64,000 nucleotides of DNA. Source: Alphaproteobacteria bacterium. GTDB taxonomy: Bacteria > Pseudomonadota > Alphaproteobacteria > RF32 > CAG-239. Location of the stretch: positions 117 to 64,116 of the forward strand of contig JAFTII010000020.1 in NCBI GenBank assembly GCA_017457005.1. The letters are read 5' to 3'. The position numbers and the translations under genes were made by a program. The notes beneath the pieces were generated by a model. That model did not search any database, was not told where the DNA came from, and saw only the letters and a list, made by a program, of their open reading frames with translations. Below, in pieces: positions 36,865-45,493 of this stretch (position 1 is the first letter of the stretch; each line of letters begins with the position of its first letter).

Positions 36865-36998
36865 TATGGCGCTCCCAATAATAACAAAAAAGCCCTTGCC
36901 ACATACTCCGCAGCTTCGGGCCTGATTAGCGACACAACAGAAAGTACTGCTAAGGCGGTAATTATAACATAAAAACGATATTTGTTTGCCTTTTTCAT
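36864..36998 (-). CDS. 44-aa small membrane protein (not in the ORF track)
   Basis: Translated by hand: MKKANKYRFYVIITALAVLSVVSLIRPEAAEYVARAFLLLLGAP. Its TAA stop and the start codon of the next ORF share nt 36864 (ATAATG). Begins just after a terminator. Confidence 0.3.
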   Translation of the reverse strand: MKKANKYRFYVIITALAVLSVVSLIRPEAAEYVARAFLLLLGAP

Positions 36999-37007
36999 TA
37001 TTTTCTC

Positions 37008-37037
37008 AAAAAAAAAGCCGAGATTATGTCTCGGCTT
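37008..37037 (-). terminator. intrinsic terminator inside the phage cluster
   Basis: Stem agccgaga/tctcggct with a 9-nt T-run on the minus strand. Confidence 0.65.
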
Positions 37038-37056
37038 TGCGGTTAATGTAATGACA

Positions 37057-37440
37057 TTATAATCCGATCAGCATTTTACTGAAAACGGATACTAAAAATT
37101 TAACAATCAACATCCAAACAGTACCACCAAAAATAACACCCCATATCATTCCCCATCCGGCCGGAGTATTATTACGGCGTTGTTGAATATAGTCATATAA
37201 AAACCATATTCCTTGCTCCATAAGATATACGATAAATAATATCAATAATCCGAGAACCGTTTCATCGCCTTTAACAAACTGCGGGACTGCAATTGCCACG
37301 CGTAGAAGTGCAGTTAAAGTATTAGATACTTTCCAAGAGTTTTCTTTTTTAAATAATCGTTTCAGCAGATAAAGAATAATAACACGGATGATTCCGGTCA
37401 GCGCTAATGTTGCTATCGACATTAAGATTACAAATGTCAT
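37057..37440 (-). CDS. phage-encoded 4-TM membrane protein
   Basis: Start set at the ATG with an aaggaa RBS. Four hydrophobic helices. Confidence 0.55.
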   Translation of the reverse strand: MTFVILMSIATLALTGIIRVIILYLLKRLFKKENSWKVSNTLTALLRVAIAVPQFVKGDETVLGLLILFIVYLMEQGIWFLYDYIQQRRNNTPAGWGMIWGVIFGGTVWMLIVKFLVSVFSKMLIGL

Positions 37441-37511
37441 GGCATTTCCTTTCAAAAAGATGTTTATGATTGATACTAACCGCCATTTTGTTAATTGTCA
37501 AATTTATATAT

Positions 37512-38381
37512 CTATTTACAAGCTAATCCATAATTAACTTTCAGATAACCGCTGGAATCAATATAAACGGCATCCGGATTTATATAAATAACTTCTTGGG
37601 CCAATAAACCTATACGAGGTGTATTATCTCCTACGTAATTATATAAATATACCGGTAATCCGTTATATAATCTGCCGACTTCAGTGATATTTTGTTTTAA
37701 GTTTTCATCTGAAAACATACTGACAATACTTCCCAGCGCATTCCATCCGGCTTTTGTTTGAGCCTGATTGTTATATTGGCGATTATCTGATATACGTTTA
37801 TCTGACTGCGAGGCTATATCATATTTATCCATAGCAACATCATAACCGCTTTTACTATTTTGCAATAAACTCAAAATCTCATTTACGGGCAATATTTGTG
37901 CTGAATTTTGAAAATTGCCGGCAGCAATTTGATTGTTGAGGCTGTTGGTATAAGTATTTTGACCGGCAGAAATACTATCATAAGCTGCTTGTTCGTATGC
38001 ACCTGCCTGTTGCTGATCAAGGCTGTTCATAGCATTCTGATAAGCCTCACTCCCCACACTCAAACCCTGATTTTGCAACTTGGTTTCTAATTGACGACGC
38101 ATAGCTGCAAATTGCGGATTTATTTTGTTAACAGCATTTCGGTAAGTTGCGTTTTCTGCTCTTTGAGCATCTTCTTGTGAACCGGACACCGAATATATAT
38201 ACCCCGGACGATTGTTTAGCCGGGAGCTGATTTGATTACCTAAATTTGCCATATTTTTATATGTATTATCTGCTACGCCGGTATCATAACTATTGAGATA
38301 ATTCAATATCTCATTTTCAGCTCCATAGCGAGATGTATTTGCTCCGCCGGCTCCCAATACTTTTCCTATACTTTTTGCCAT
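37512..38381 (-). CDS. phage protein with C-terminal intramolecular-chaperone (peptidase S74) domain
   Basis: FSDENLKQNITEVG....GLPVYLYNY.....RIGLLAQEV....PDAV. Q/N-rich N-terminal part. Perfect AAGGAG RBS at the chosen start. Confidence 0.7.
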   Translation of the reverse strand: MAKSIGKVLGAGGANTSRYGAENEILNYLNSYDTGVADNTYKNMANLGNQISSRLNNRPGYIYSVSGSQEDAQRAENATYRNAVNKINPQFAAMRRQLETKLQNQGLSVGSEAYQNAMNSLDQQQAGAYEQAAYDSISAGQNTYTNSLNNQIAAGNFQNSAQILPVNEILSLLQNSKSGYDVAMDKYDIASQSDKRISDNRQYNNQAQTKAGWNALGSIVSMFSDENLKQNITEVGRLYNGLPVYLYNYVGDNTPRIGLLAQEVIYINPDAVYIDSSGYLKVNYGLACK

Positions 38382-38382
38382 A

Positions 38383-38826
38383 TTAATCTCCTTGATAAAA
38401 TTCAAATTGTTTTTTCTGTACGCCCATAATAATCTTATCGTCTCCGTTATCGCCATAATGAGAAAGAATCCCCTCTACAGTAAAGCCTAATTTTTGAGCC
38501 AATTTTATACATTTAAAATTGTTGCAATCAGTCATTATGGTTATCCTTTTACATGCAAAATAATCATAAGCGACCGAAAACATAAATTTTAGTATTCTTT
38601 TACTACACCAGTGCTTGTCTATAGTATAAAGTGTCCACCAGACATCTCTTCCTTGACGAATATTGTGGTAAATCAATCCTCCGATTAGTCGGTTTTGATA
38701 CACAAACCCGATTGTATAATGTTTATCCAACCATTCGGTTCCGATGTTCAGCCCCGAACAAATCCAATCGGTTATTTTCTCTTTGTCATCACTAATAACA
38801 CTACATAATGCTGCATCCTTGTTCAT
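38383..38826 (-). CDS. GNAT-family N-acetyltransferase
   Basis: Acetyl-CoA-binding-like block and C-terminal KLAQKLGFTVEGILSHY. About 147 aa. Confidence 0.65.
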   Translation of the reverse strand: MNKDAALCSVISDDKEKITDWICSGLNIGTEWLDKHYTIGFVYQNRLIGGLIYHNIRQGRDVWWTLYTIDKHWCSKRILKFMFSVAYDYFACKRITIMTDCNNFKCIKLAQKLGFTVEGILSHYGDNGDDKIIMGVQKKQFEFYQGD

Positions 38827-40351
38827 AGCGAACTCCCGTATCAAACCATTCTATTAAATTACCGCGGGTTTTGGTTTTGAAAACCACACTCGCTTTAAAA
38901 CCGGTGGCAGAATTTGCAATCCATTGACTGCGTATTTTTCCTTTTAGGGTTGCCCATTTGCTTCCGACAGGGTTCTTTAAGCAACTCCAATAAGTTGAGT
39001 TCCATTTATTCAAATCACTGTGCCCTATATTTTCCATATAAGGACACTTTTGTGATGAGAAATCCATATTGGTATATACTATTAACGCATATTGTGCAGA
39101 TGATTTTGTGCGCGGATTGATAAGCTGAATTCGTTTTAAATTCGGAGTACCAAAGTCCGAATAGGCTTGTTCAACCGTTCCGCAAATATGTACTCCATTA
39201 TCAGAATAGCCTTCATCAAACAAAAATACAGCATTGTCCGAACCAAAAAAGATCCGGTTACCAAATGTTCCCCAACAAAATGACCTGATATCGGTAAAAC
39301 GACACCAAGCACCGCTATTTACATTTACAACATGTTGCTCAAATTGTTGTGCTACCGGAACATTGAATATTGCATATCCGCCACGACTATAAATAATACT
39401 TTGCCAACCTGTTTTATCCTTTGATTGTTGCGTTCTTTCCAAAACCAATCCTCTAATTTTATCTGAGAAAGAAACTTGTGAAGAATTGGCTTTATCTAAT
39501 GACAATGCCTTGGACATCGGAATATAGCCGTCTTCAGATATGATGACAATGTCTCCCTGGTATTGCATAGCACAGCGATAACCTATCGGGCGGCTCATTT
39601 GAAATACCCCGCGCAAGCTCCAATCTGAAGCATCACCGGGATCATTTCCCCCATATACGGCAATCTCTCCTTCTGAGGTTATAAATACGGTTAAATCATC
39701 AACTCCTTGTCCGGCATCTTGTGTCCAAGAAGCAATTGATAACAGCTCCCCGCCTTTGCGAAAAATTGAAGACAGATCAAATTTAACCAATGTTCCCCGT
39801 ACTTCTCCGGCTCCTTGCGAATACCAAGCGTTTAAGCTCCCTTTTTCTACAAAAAACAAACGTTGTTTGCTTACGGTTACATTTATAAGCTTAAATGGCT
39901 GGAGATTAATGCCTTCAAACATGGCTTCTTGCCAATTGTCGCCATCTTCCGAACTATAAAATGTTTGCGGGGCATCATAACCGTTTACTAATATCAGATA
40001 GTCCTTAAATTGTACATATTGCCAATAATCATGGCTAAAGTCTGTTGCAATTTCTTTTACGTCTTCTTTATTAGTGATATCCCATATCTTACCATTACCA
40101 AAAGCAAAGAACTTATTATTTCCCGGTTTGCAATATTCAACCAAGGTACTTATTCGGCAACCTAAATTTACATAAGGAACATATCCTTTACGTAATACCA
40201 CCTTATTGGCAATCGGTAAATAATTGTCCATGACTATAGCATCAGTTATTGCCATGGTATCTAAACTATCTCTGACATTCAATCCTCCAATCGGAGCCGG
40301 CAAGATAAAATTAGCTGAAGTATTATTTCGGTTAATCTGCTTTGGTGACAT
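38801..40351 (-). CDS. large phage structural protein (tail/nozzle-like, beta-propeller-like)
   Basis: Start at MSPKQINRNN, which has a perfect AAGGAG RBS. Repetitive beta-rich sequence. Positioned between the capsid-proximal genes and the fibres. Confidence 0.55.
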   Translation of the reverse strand: MSPKQINRNNTSANFILPAPIGGLNVRDSLDTMAITDAIVMDNYLPIANKVVLRKGYVPYVNLGCRISTLVEYCKPGNNKFFAFGNGKIWDITNKEDVKEIATDFSHDYWQYVQFKDYLILVNGYDAPQTFYSSEDGDNWQEAMFEGINLQPFKLINVTVSKQRLFFVEKGSLNAWYSQGAGEVRGTLVKFDLSSIFRKGGELLSIASWTQDAGQGVDDLTVFITSEGEIAVYGGNDPGDASDWSLRGVFQMSRPIGYRCAMQYQGDIVIISEDGYIPMSKALSLDKANSSQVSFSDKIRGLVLERTQQSKDKTGWQSIIYSRGGYAIFNVPVAQQFEQHVVNVNSGAWCRFTDIRSFCWGTFGNRIFFGSDNAVFLFDEGYSDNGVHICGTVEQAYSDFGTPNLKRIQLINPRTKSSAQYALIVYTNMDFSSQKCPYMENIGHSDLNKWNSTYWSCLKNPVGSKWATLKGKIRSQWIANSATGFKASVVFKTKTRGNLIEWFDTGVRYEQGCSIM

Positions 40352-41051
40352 TAATACATACTCCTTCCGTAAGAGGATTATATAAATTACCGCATAAAGA
40401 GATATCTTTGGATGACAAGCCGGAAGCAAAACGGTTGCGAACTTCACGTTGATATTCGTTAAATTCTTCTTCATACGGCATTCCGTTACGGCGATACCAC
40501 CGCCAAATAATCCCTTTTTTGACCAAAAACTCATCAAATATCGGAATATCGGTATTTTGTGTTATGGCAGATTTTTCAATACCGCAATATTTTTTACTGC
40601 CATCATAGGCGATTACAGATGATCTGTATTGAAAAACTATTTTAAGTTCTCCGATTGGAACGGTTAAAAACTTTAGCATTCCGTTTTGAATTTTAAACTT
40701 CATATTCAATGACGGAACATTAAAATATTTTTCTTTCATCCATTGCTCCGGAGTAATGGCGCCTACAACTTTTTCTGCTCTATCTTTAATAAATACCGTA
40801 TTGTTTATCAGACAATAAAAATCCGGACAATAATCTGCCAGCAAATAATTACTCTGCCCTTTGGTCGTCCGTAAACAACCTTCTTTAGTCAGTTCTTGCC
40901 AATCTCCATAGCGTAAAAGGCTATCTAAAGTATCTTGAGCAACACTCAAAAAAACAGCTTCTTGTTGGCTGGATGAATTAAATAAATCCGATGGTCGTTG
41001 TGTGGCTACCAAGCTTGCAGCCTCTTGGCATATTTCTAAAATATTTTTCAT
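40332..41051 (-). CDS. phage structural protein (239 aa)
   Basis: Coupled to its neighbours, in the adaptor/tail position downstream of the capsid gene. Confidence 0.5.
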   Translation of the reverse strand: MKNILEICQEAASLVATQRPSDLFNSSSQQEAVFLSVAQDTLDSLLRYGDWQELTKEGCLRTTKGQSNYLLADYCPDFYCLINNTVFIKDRAEKVVGAITPEQWMKEKYFNVPSLNMKFKIQNGMLKFLTVPIGELKIVFQYRSSVIAYDGSKKYCGIEKSAITQNTDIPIFDEFLVKKGIIWRWYRRNGMPYEEEFNEYQREVRNRFASGLSSKDISLCGNLYNPLTEGVCINVTKAD

Positions 41052-41052
41052 A

Positions 41053-41607
41053 TTATATTCCTTTATTTTTCAGAACTTGCCGAAGACGTTTATTATCTTC
41101 TTCCAAATAACGAATTTTATTTTGATATTTTTGTTCTTGAAAATGCCAGTCGGCAATTTGTTTATTTGACTTGGAATTTGCAATAAACTTACGAGCCAAA
41201 TCTCTTTCTTTGCTTATTCCTAGCCCGTTTGCTTTATCATCATCAAGTTCTGATAATGTTTCTACGGTAAATATTCCACGGCATTTCAGACTTTCTACTT
41301 CTGATAAAGTCAAAAATGCAAACTGCTCTAAAGGAGTTCCGACTGCTGTTTGCTTTTTAGACAATAAATATCTGGCATATTCTTGAGGAAAGCGTTTTTT
41401 CTTGTCTTCGGTTGCCGGTTGATCAAAAATTTCGGAATTGTTATCTTTGATTCTGATTTCACAGAAGCATACATTTTTAAATATCGGAAAACCTTGTTCA
41501 TCTACGCTATCTGTTTTGATACTGCGATCATAAAATCTGGCATTTACACCATCTTCAGACACATTACTGCGAGCAAGATTTTCAAAAGTTGAAAAATCTA
41601 TATCCAT
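41053..41607 (-). CDS. phage protein (184 aa)
   Basis: Immediately downstream of the major capsid gene. Confidence 0.5.
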   Translation of the reverse strand: MDIDFSTFENLARSNVSEDGVNARFYDRSIKTDSVDEQGFPIFKNVCFCEIRIKDNNSEIFDQPATEDKKKRFPQEYARYLLSKKQTAVGTPLEQFAFLTLSEVESLKCRGIFTVETLSELDDDKANGLGISKERDLARKFIANSKSNKQIADWHFQEQKYQNKIRYLEEDNKRLRQVLKNKGI

Positions 41608-41673
41608 ATCTTTGTCCTTCGGTTAAGATTAAAAAATTAGGGAGGATTGCCTCCTCCCTAATAATCAGCTGTT

Positions 41674-42648
41674 TTATTCCCCGTTTTTATTAATCAATAC
41701 CCCTTGTAGAGCCGCATTACTCATAGTCATATTACCTGCCCAGCCGATAATTTTATATAAAGCATCCTGATTGACAGACATTCGCTCGCCACCGATTACT
41801 TTCATATTTCGCTCTTTATGATTACGCAAATAAATATAATCGGTATTAAGAAAATAAATTTTATCTTCAGGACAGTGACCGCCTTGTCCGCCATCACAAA
41901 TCAAATCTGCACCCTTAAATTTAATGCTGCTAAATCCGGCTTCTGCCATTTTGTTATCAGAATAACGTTGTTGCGGAAGAAGGGTTGATTCATACAAACC
42001 GTATAATTCGTTACCGCAAACAATTAAATCCGGCTTATCTGTCCCACGACATAATGACATATACATTTTATCCATAGCGGAATGAATATTATCAGAATTT
42101 AAGCCTTCGGTAATTTGAGTTGATTTATTGCGCCAAAATTCATTACCAACCGTAGAGCGGTCTATACCGCCGACAACACCGGTTGACGGACTATCTGCTA
42201 CCAACAATGCAAGCCCGCCAATTTCCTTACCTGCCGAACCGGTACCATCACCATATACGGCGGCAGACATTTTATTGCTCATTGTTTTGATTGCATTTTC
42301 AACACGTTTTTCAAATAAATCCAAAACTTGTTCTTTGCCGGAGTTTTTTAAGATATCTTCTCCGGATACCGCTACGGGAACGGCACATAGTTTGAGACTG
42401 TATTCTGCCGCCGTAAACAATTGTTTGGGAGTATAATCAATAGTATCATAACCGGAATACCAAGTCATATCTCCTTCGCCATATTCAAGCTCTTCAATAA
42501 TTTTAGAGCCACCTGAAATCGGACGAATTTTACCTTTGCTTTTGAGTCTGCTTAAAAGTGCATTGTTAGTACTGATATTATCGGCCAACTTGCCGGCACG
42601 ACTAGTCAGAGTGGTTGTTAAGACATCATTATAATCAATATTTGCCAT
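41674..42648 (-). CDS. major capsid protein
   Basis: 324 aa, directly after the scaffold-like gene, with a strong RBS. The composition and N-terminus are typical of podoviral HK97-fold capsid proteins. The call rests mainly on position. Confidence 0.65.
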   Translation of the reverse strand: MANIDYNDVLTTTLTSRAGKLADNISTNNALLSRLKSKGKIRPISGGSKIIEELEYGEGDMTWYSGYDTIDYTPKQLFTAAEYSLKLCAVPVAVSGEDILKNSGKEQVLDLFEKRVENAIKTMSNKMSAAVYGDGTGSAGKEIGGLALLVADSPSTGVVGGIDRSTVGNEFWRNKSTQITEGLNSDNIHSAMDKMYMSLCRGTDKPDLIVCGNELYGLYESTLLPQQRYSDNKMAEAGFSSIKFKGADLICDGGQGGHCPEDKIYFLNTDYIYLRNHKERNMKVIGGERMSVNQDALYKIIGWAGNMTMSNAALQGVLINKNGE

Positions 42649-42675
42649 AATTAATTTCCTTTATTAAATTTATTG

Positions 42676-43341
42676 TTAATCATCATATTCAGCCAGTTTT
42701 AATTCCAAAACTTCACGTGTGCTGAGTTTTGATAAATCTTTCGCTAAACGATTTTTGCCTTTGGGTGCAAATGCTGCTTCTTTAGCTTTTTGAATTTCTG
42801 CAATACGTTCTGCCTCATGATTACACATATTATATTTATCAATCAGCTCAGATATTTTTTCCTCTAAAGCATCTAACTTAGATGAAAGAGGCGAAAAATC
42901 TGTGCTTGCGTCTAATGATACTCCATAAATTTCTGCTAAAGATTGCAGAGCTTCTTTAGGATTACAGTCTAAAGCATCATCTATGCGGGCCATTGCCTCA
43001 ACCCAATCTTGTGCTTTATTAATCCCTAAGCGATGCAAACGTTCGGCACGAGATGTAAAAACATCATCAATCCACCGGCGATGACTAAGCTCATTATTAA
43101 GGCGAGAAAACCCACGTTCGGTTTCACACTCTCTTTCACAAAGATATTTGCGCATAGCCGCAGGCAAAGATTTAAACATTTCAACATATTCTTTTTTGTA
43201 AGAACGAGGTGCAATCAGATACTCGTCTTTGCTATTGTCATCTTTTTTACTACATGTTTCTTGAATGTTTTTTTCTTTTTCTGCTAAAGCTATGGCTTTA
43301 TCATATTGTTTTTCAAGTTCTTTTCTTAAATCATTAGTCAT
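42676..43341 (-). CDS. scaffolding protein
   Basis: Highly charged, predicted coiled-coil protein between the portal region and the capsid gene. Start set at MTNDLRKELEKQ. Confidence 0.6.
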   Translation of the reverse strand: MTNDLRKELEKQYDKAIALAEKEKNIQETCSKKDDNSKDEYLIAPRSYKKEYVEMFKSLPAAMRKYLCERECETERGFSRLNNELSHRRWIDDVFTSRAERLHRLGINKAQDWVEAMARIDDALDCNPKEALQSLAEIYGVSLDASTDFSPLSSKLDALEEKISELIDKYNMCNHEAERIAEIQKAKEAAFAPKGKNRLAKDLSKLSTREVLELKLAEYDD

Positions 43342-43561
43342 TCCAGATACTCCTTTTATAATTGTGAATGAAGTCAGAAAACAATTCTGCTTTCTGAACT
43401 TTTTCATTATGCTGTCGCCTAGACCTGAGATAGGCTTCAGAATAATCTTGAGAAAGAGACAAATCATTGTCTCGTAAATATTTATCAAGCTGATAGTTTG
43501 AAGACACTATCCGCCCGTCAGGCAGTCGCAGACTGTCCGTCCATTCTTTTGAAAAATACAT
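43334..43561 (-). CDS. phage hypothetical protein (75 aa)
   Basis: Overlaps the scaffold start by 8 nt. Confidence 0.45.
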   Translation of the reverse strand: MYFSKEWTDSLRLPDGRIVSSNYQLDKYLRDNDLSLSQDYSEAYLRSRRQHNEKVQKAELFSDFIHNYKRSIWND

Positions 43562-43585
43562 TGTGCTTTACTCGTTATTAAATAT

Positions 43586-43611
43586 AAAAAAATCCCGAGA
43601 ATTTCTCGGGA
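43586..43611 (-). terminator. intrinsic terminator closing the moron cassette
   Basis: Stem tcccgaga/tctcggga with a 7-nt T-run on the minus strand. Confidence 0.65.
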
Positions 43612-43632
43612 GGTTGTGATTAAGTTCAACTA

Positions 43633-44193
43633 TCATTGTTTAGTTTTATGATTTTCTTGCCACATAATTTTACGAAGTATTTGCAGTTCTTGATATGAAT
43701 ATTCATACAAACAATTTTGTTTATCATATTCTTGGTTATATTGTTGACACAGTCTCAATACGTCATGCTTCCAATCTTGAAAATTATATTTCCAATCCGA
43801 ATCTTTTTCTAATTTTTGGTAATAACCTGATATCTCATTTTGAAACCGTTTAACCATATCTGCCAAACAAATTGCATTATTACCGCAATGATCTTTAATA
43901 TCATAATATTCATCAGTATCATAGACATATTCATCTTCTTGTATTATCGGAATTATGCAATACATATTGAGGCAAAATAAAGTAATACTCCATAGAATTA
44001 TACTCAGAAATTTATTAATGTAACAACATAATACTGAGGTTAGTGTTAGCAAAGATAGCATAATAATACTATTTTTAGAAATACTTTCAGGAAAAATTGT
44101 TAACATATAAAAAAACAATATACAAAAAGCTACAAATGCTACAAACCACAATATAAACAAACTTTTTTGATGTGTGTTATTGAGAAATTTCAT
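43633..44193 (-). CDS. 3-TM protein with Cys-containing soluble C-terminal domain (moron B)
   Basis: Start at the ATG with a GGAGA RBS. Three helices, then HCGNNAICLADMV...CQQYNQEYDKQNC. Confidence 0.55.
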   Translation of the reverse strand: MKFLNNTHQKSLFILWFVAFVAFCILFFYMLTIFPESISKNSIIMLSLLTLTSVLCCYINKFLSIILWSITLFCLNMYCIIPIIQEDEYVYDTDEYYDIKDHCGNNAICLADMVKRFQNEISGYYQKLEKDSDWKYNFQDWKHDVLRLCQQYNQEYDKQNCLYEYSYQELQILRKIMWQENHKTKQ

Positions 44194-44734
44194 TATTCTT
44201 CTCCTCAAATAACAACCATGTGTAATAACATTGTTTTTTACGGATATTCTTTAATTTATGATTTTGCCTTACAATTCCATAGTTCCTTTTATCACAGTAT
44301 TCATATCCTATTTTTCCATATAGTGATTTAGTAGTGTTTAATTTACTTATAGCATGATCAAAACAAAGTTCTTTATCTTCGTTATTATAAAGGCACTGCA
44401 ATAAATCAGGTTCATATTTAGATAATTTACTTTGTAAAAACCCAGCAGGATGATATGATACAGGCAACAATGTCTGTATTACCAATAAAATTAAAAAAAT
44501 AGGAATTATTATCATCATTTGTTTGCGCGGTATATATAATTCCAGCAAATATATGATAATAAAACTTGAAAATAAAGCTATTATAAACAAGGGCAATTTA
44601 TCATTAATCACAGCTAAATCATATCTCATTTGCAAAAAGTCAGACAATAATAACAATGCAAATGAAAATGCTATTGTGATTGACCACGCTATCAATAACA
44701 AAATATTTTTTAAGAGGCCAAATATTATTTTCAT
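44177..44734 (-). CDS. multi-TM protein with Cys-containing soluble C-terminal domain (moron A)
   Basis: Three to four helices, then CLYNNEDKELCFDH...YCDK...KKQC. Confidence 0.55.
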   Translation of the reverse strand: MKIIFGLLKNILLLIAWSITIAFSFALLLLSDFLQMRYDLAVINDKLPLFIIALFSSFIIIYLLELYIPRKQMMIIIPIFLILLVIQTLLPVSYHPAGFLQSKLSKYEPDLLQCLYNNEDKELCFDHAISKLNTTKSLYGKIGYEYCDKRNYGIVRQNHKLKNIRKKQCYYTWLLFEEKNNEISQ

Positions 44735-44781
44735 ATTAAATCCTTTTTAACAATTATATTTTTTTTATTTAATTTTTCAAT

Positions 44782-45111
44782 CTATTTAATATAACGTGAG
44801 TAAAATTGCGAAATCATGTCTTCACAGTCTTCATCAGGATTTTTAAAACCGACATATATTCCTCTCGCATCTGCCTTTAAGTCCTGAATACCATCTTGTA
44901 TAATATCCGAATAATGTTTATAGTTATCATTATTGATCGTATTATCTTGGTTAAGCTTATCAGCTGTATCTAAAGCCTGATTATAAGTATTACGAACCTG
45001 TGTAACAACTGATGACTTAACGGCATTATCATAAACTTGACGCAACCATTCTCGTCTCTTTTGTTGTTCTTCTAAATCTTCTCCCCACATATTAGTATAT
45101 CTGCTACTCAT
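44782..45111 (-). CDS. phage hypothetical protein (109 aa)
   Basis: Intact ORF in the portal-scaffold gap. Confidence 0.5.
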   Translation of the reverse strand: MSSRYTNMWGEDLEEQQKRREWLRQVYDNAVKSSVVTQVRNTYNQALDTADKLNQDNTINNDNYKHYSDIIQDGIQDLKADARGIYVGFKNPDEDCEDMISQFYSRYIK

Positions 45112-45128
45112 CTGTTTTGTCCTTTGTA

Positions 45129-45335
45129 TTATATAAATTCAACCATTATTTGTTTGTATGCTTCATCATTACCGGATTTGCTTTTGTTCTTATCACTTAA
45201 AAGCGCTAAAACCTTAGCCTTACCTAAAGAAGCAGAAATTGCCGCCGTAGGAGATTCATTACGTACGGCAATGGTACGAGCTTCTTCCAACTCATCTAAG
45301 ATATCTTCATAACTAAGCTTCTTCTTTGAAACCAT
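45129..45335 (-). CDS. phage hypothetical protein (68 aa)
   Basis: Start moved to the ATG (MVSKKKL), which overlaps the upstream TAA stop. Confidence 0.45.
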   Translation of the reverse strand: MVSKKKLSYEDILDELEEARTIAVRNESPTAAISASLGKAKVLALLSDKNKSKSGNDEAYKQIMVEFI

Positions 45336-45493
45336 TAGCAAAACCCTTTGACTAATCCGGTAGATATATTGGTGTTTATATCGTTCTTTCTAGGCGGAGT
45401 TGGTTGCTTATCGTGAATTACAACCGGATTTCGGTTATATTTTTTACGCTCATCTGCGAGTTGCTGAATTTTTAATCCGGCCTGAAACTTCAT
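45335..45493 (-). CDS. 52-aa ORF (not in the ORF track)
   Basis: Translated by hand: MKFQAGLKIQQLADERKKYNRNPVVIHDKQPTPPRKNDINTNISTGLVKGFC. Starts 1 nt after the portal stop. Confidence 0.3.
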   Translation of the reverse strand: MKFQAGLKIQQLADERKKYNRNPVVIHDKQPTPPRKNDINTNISTGLVKGFC

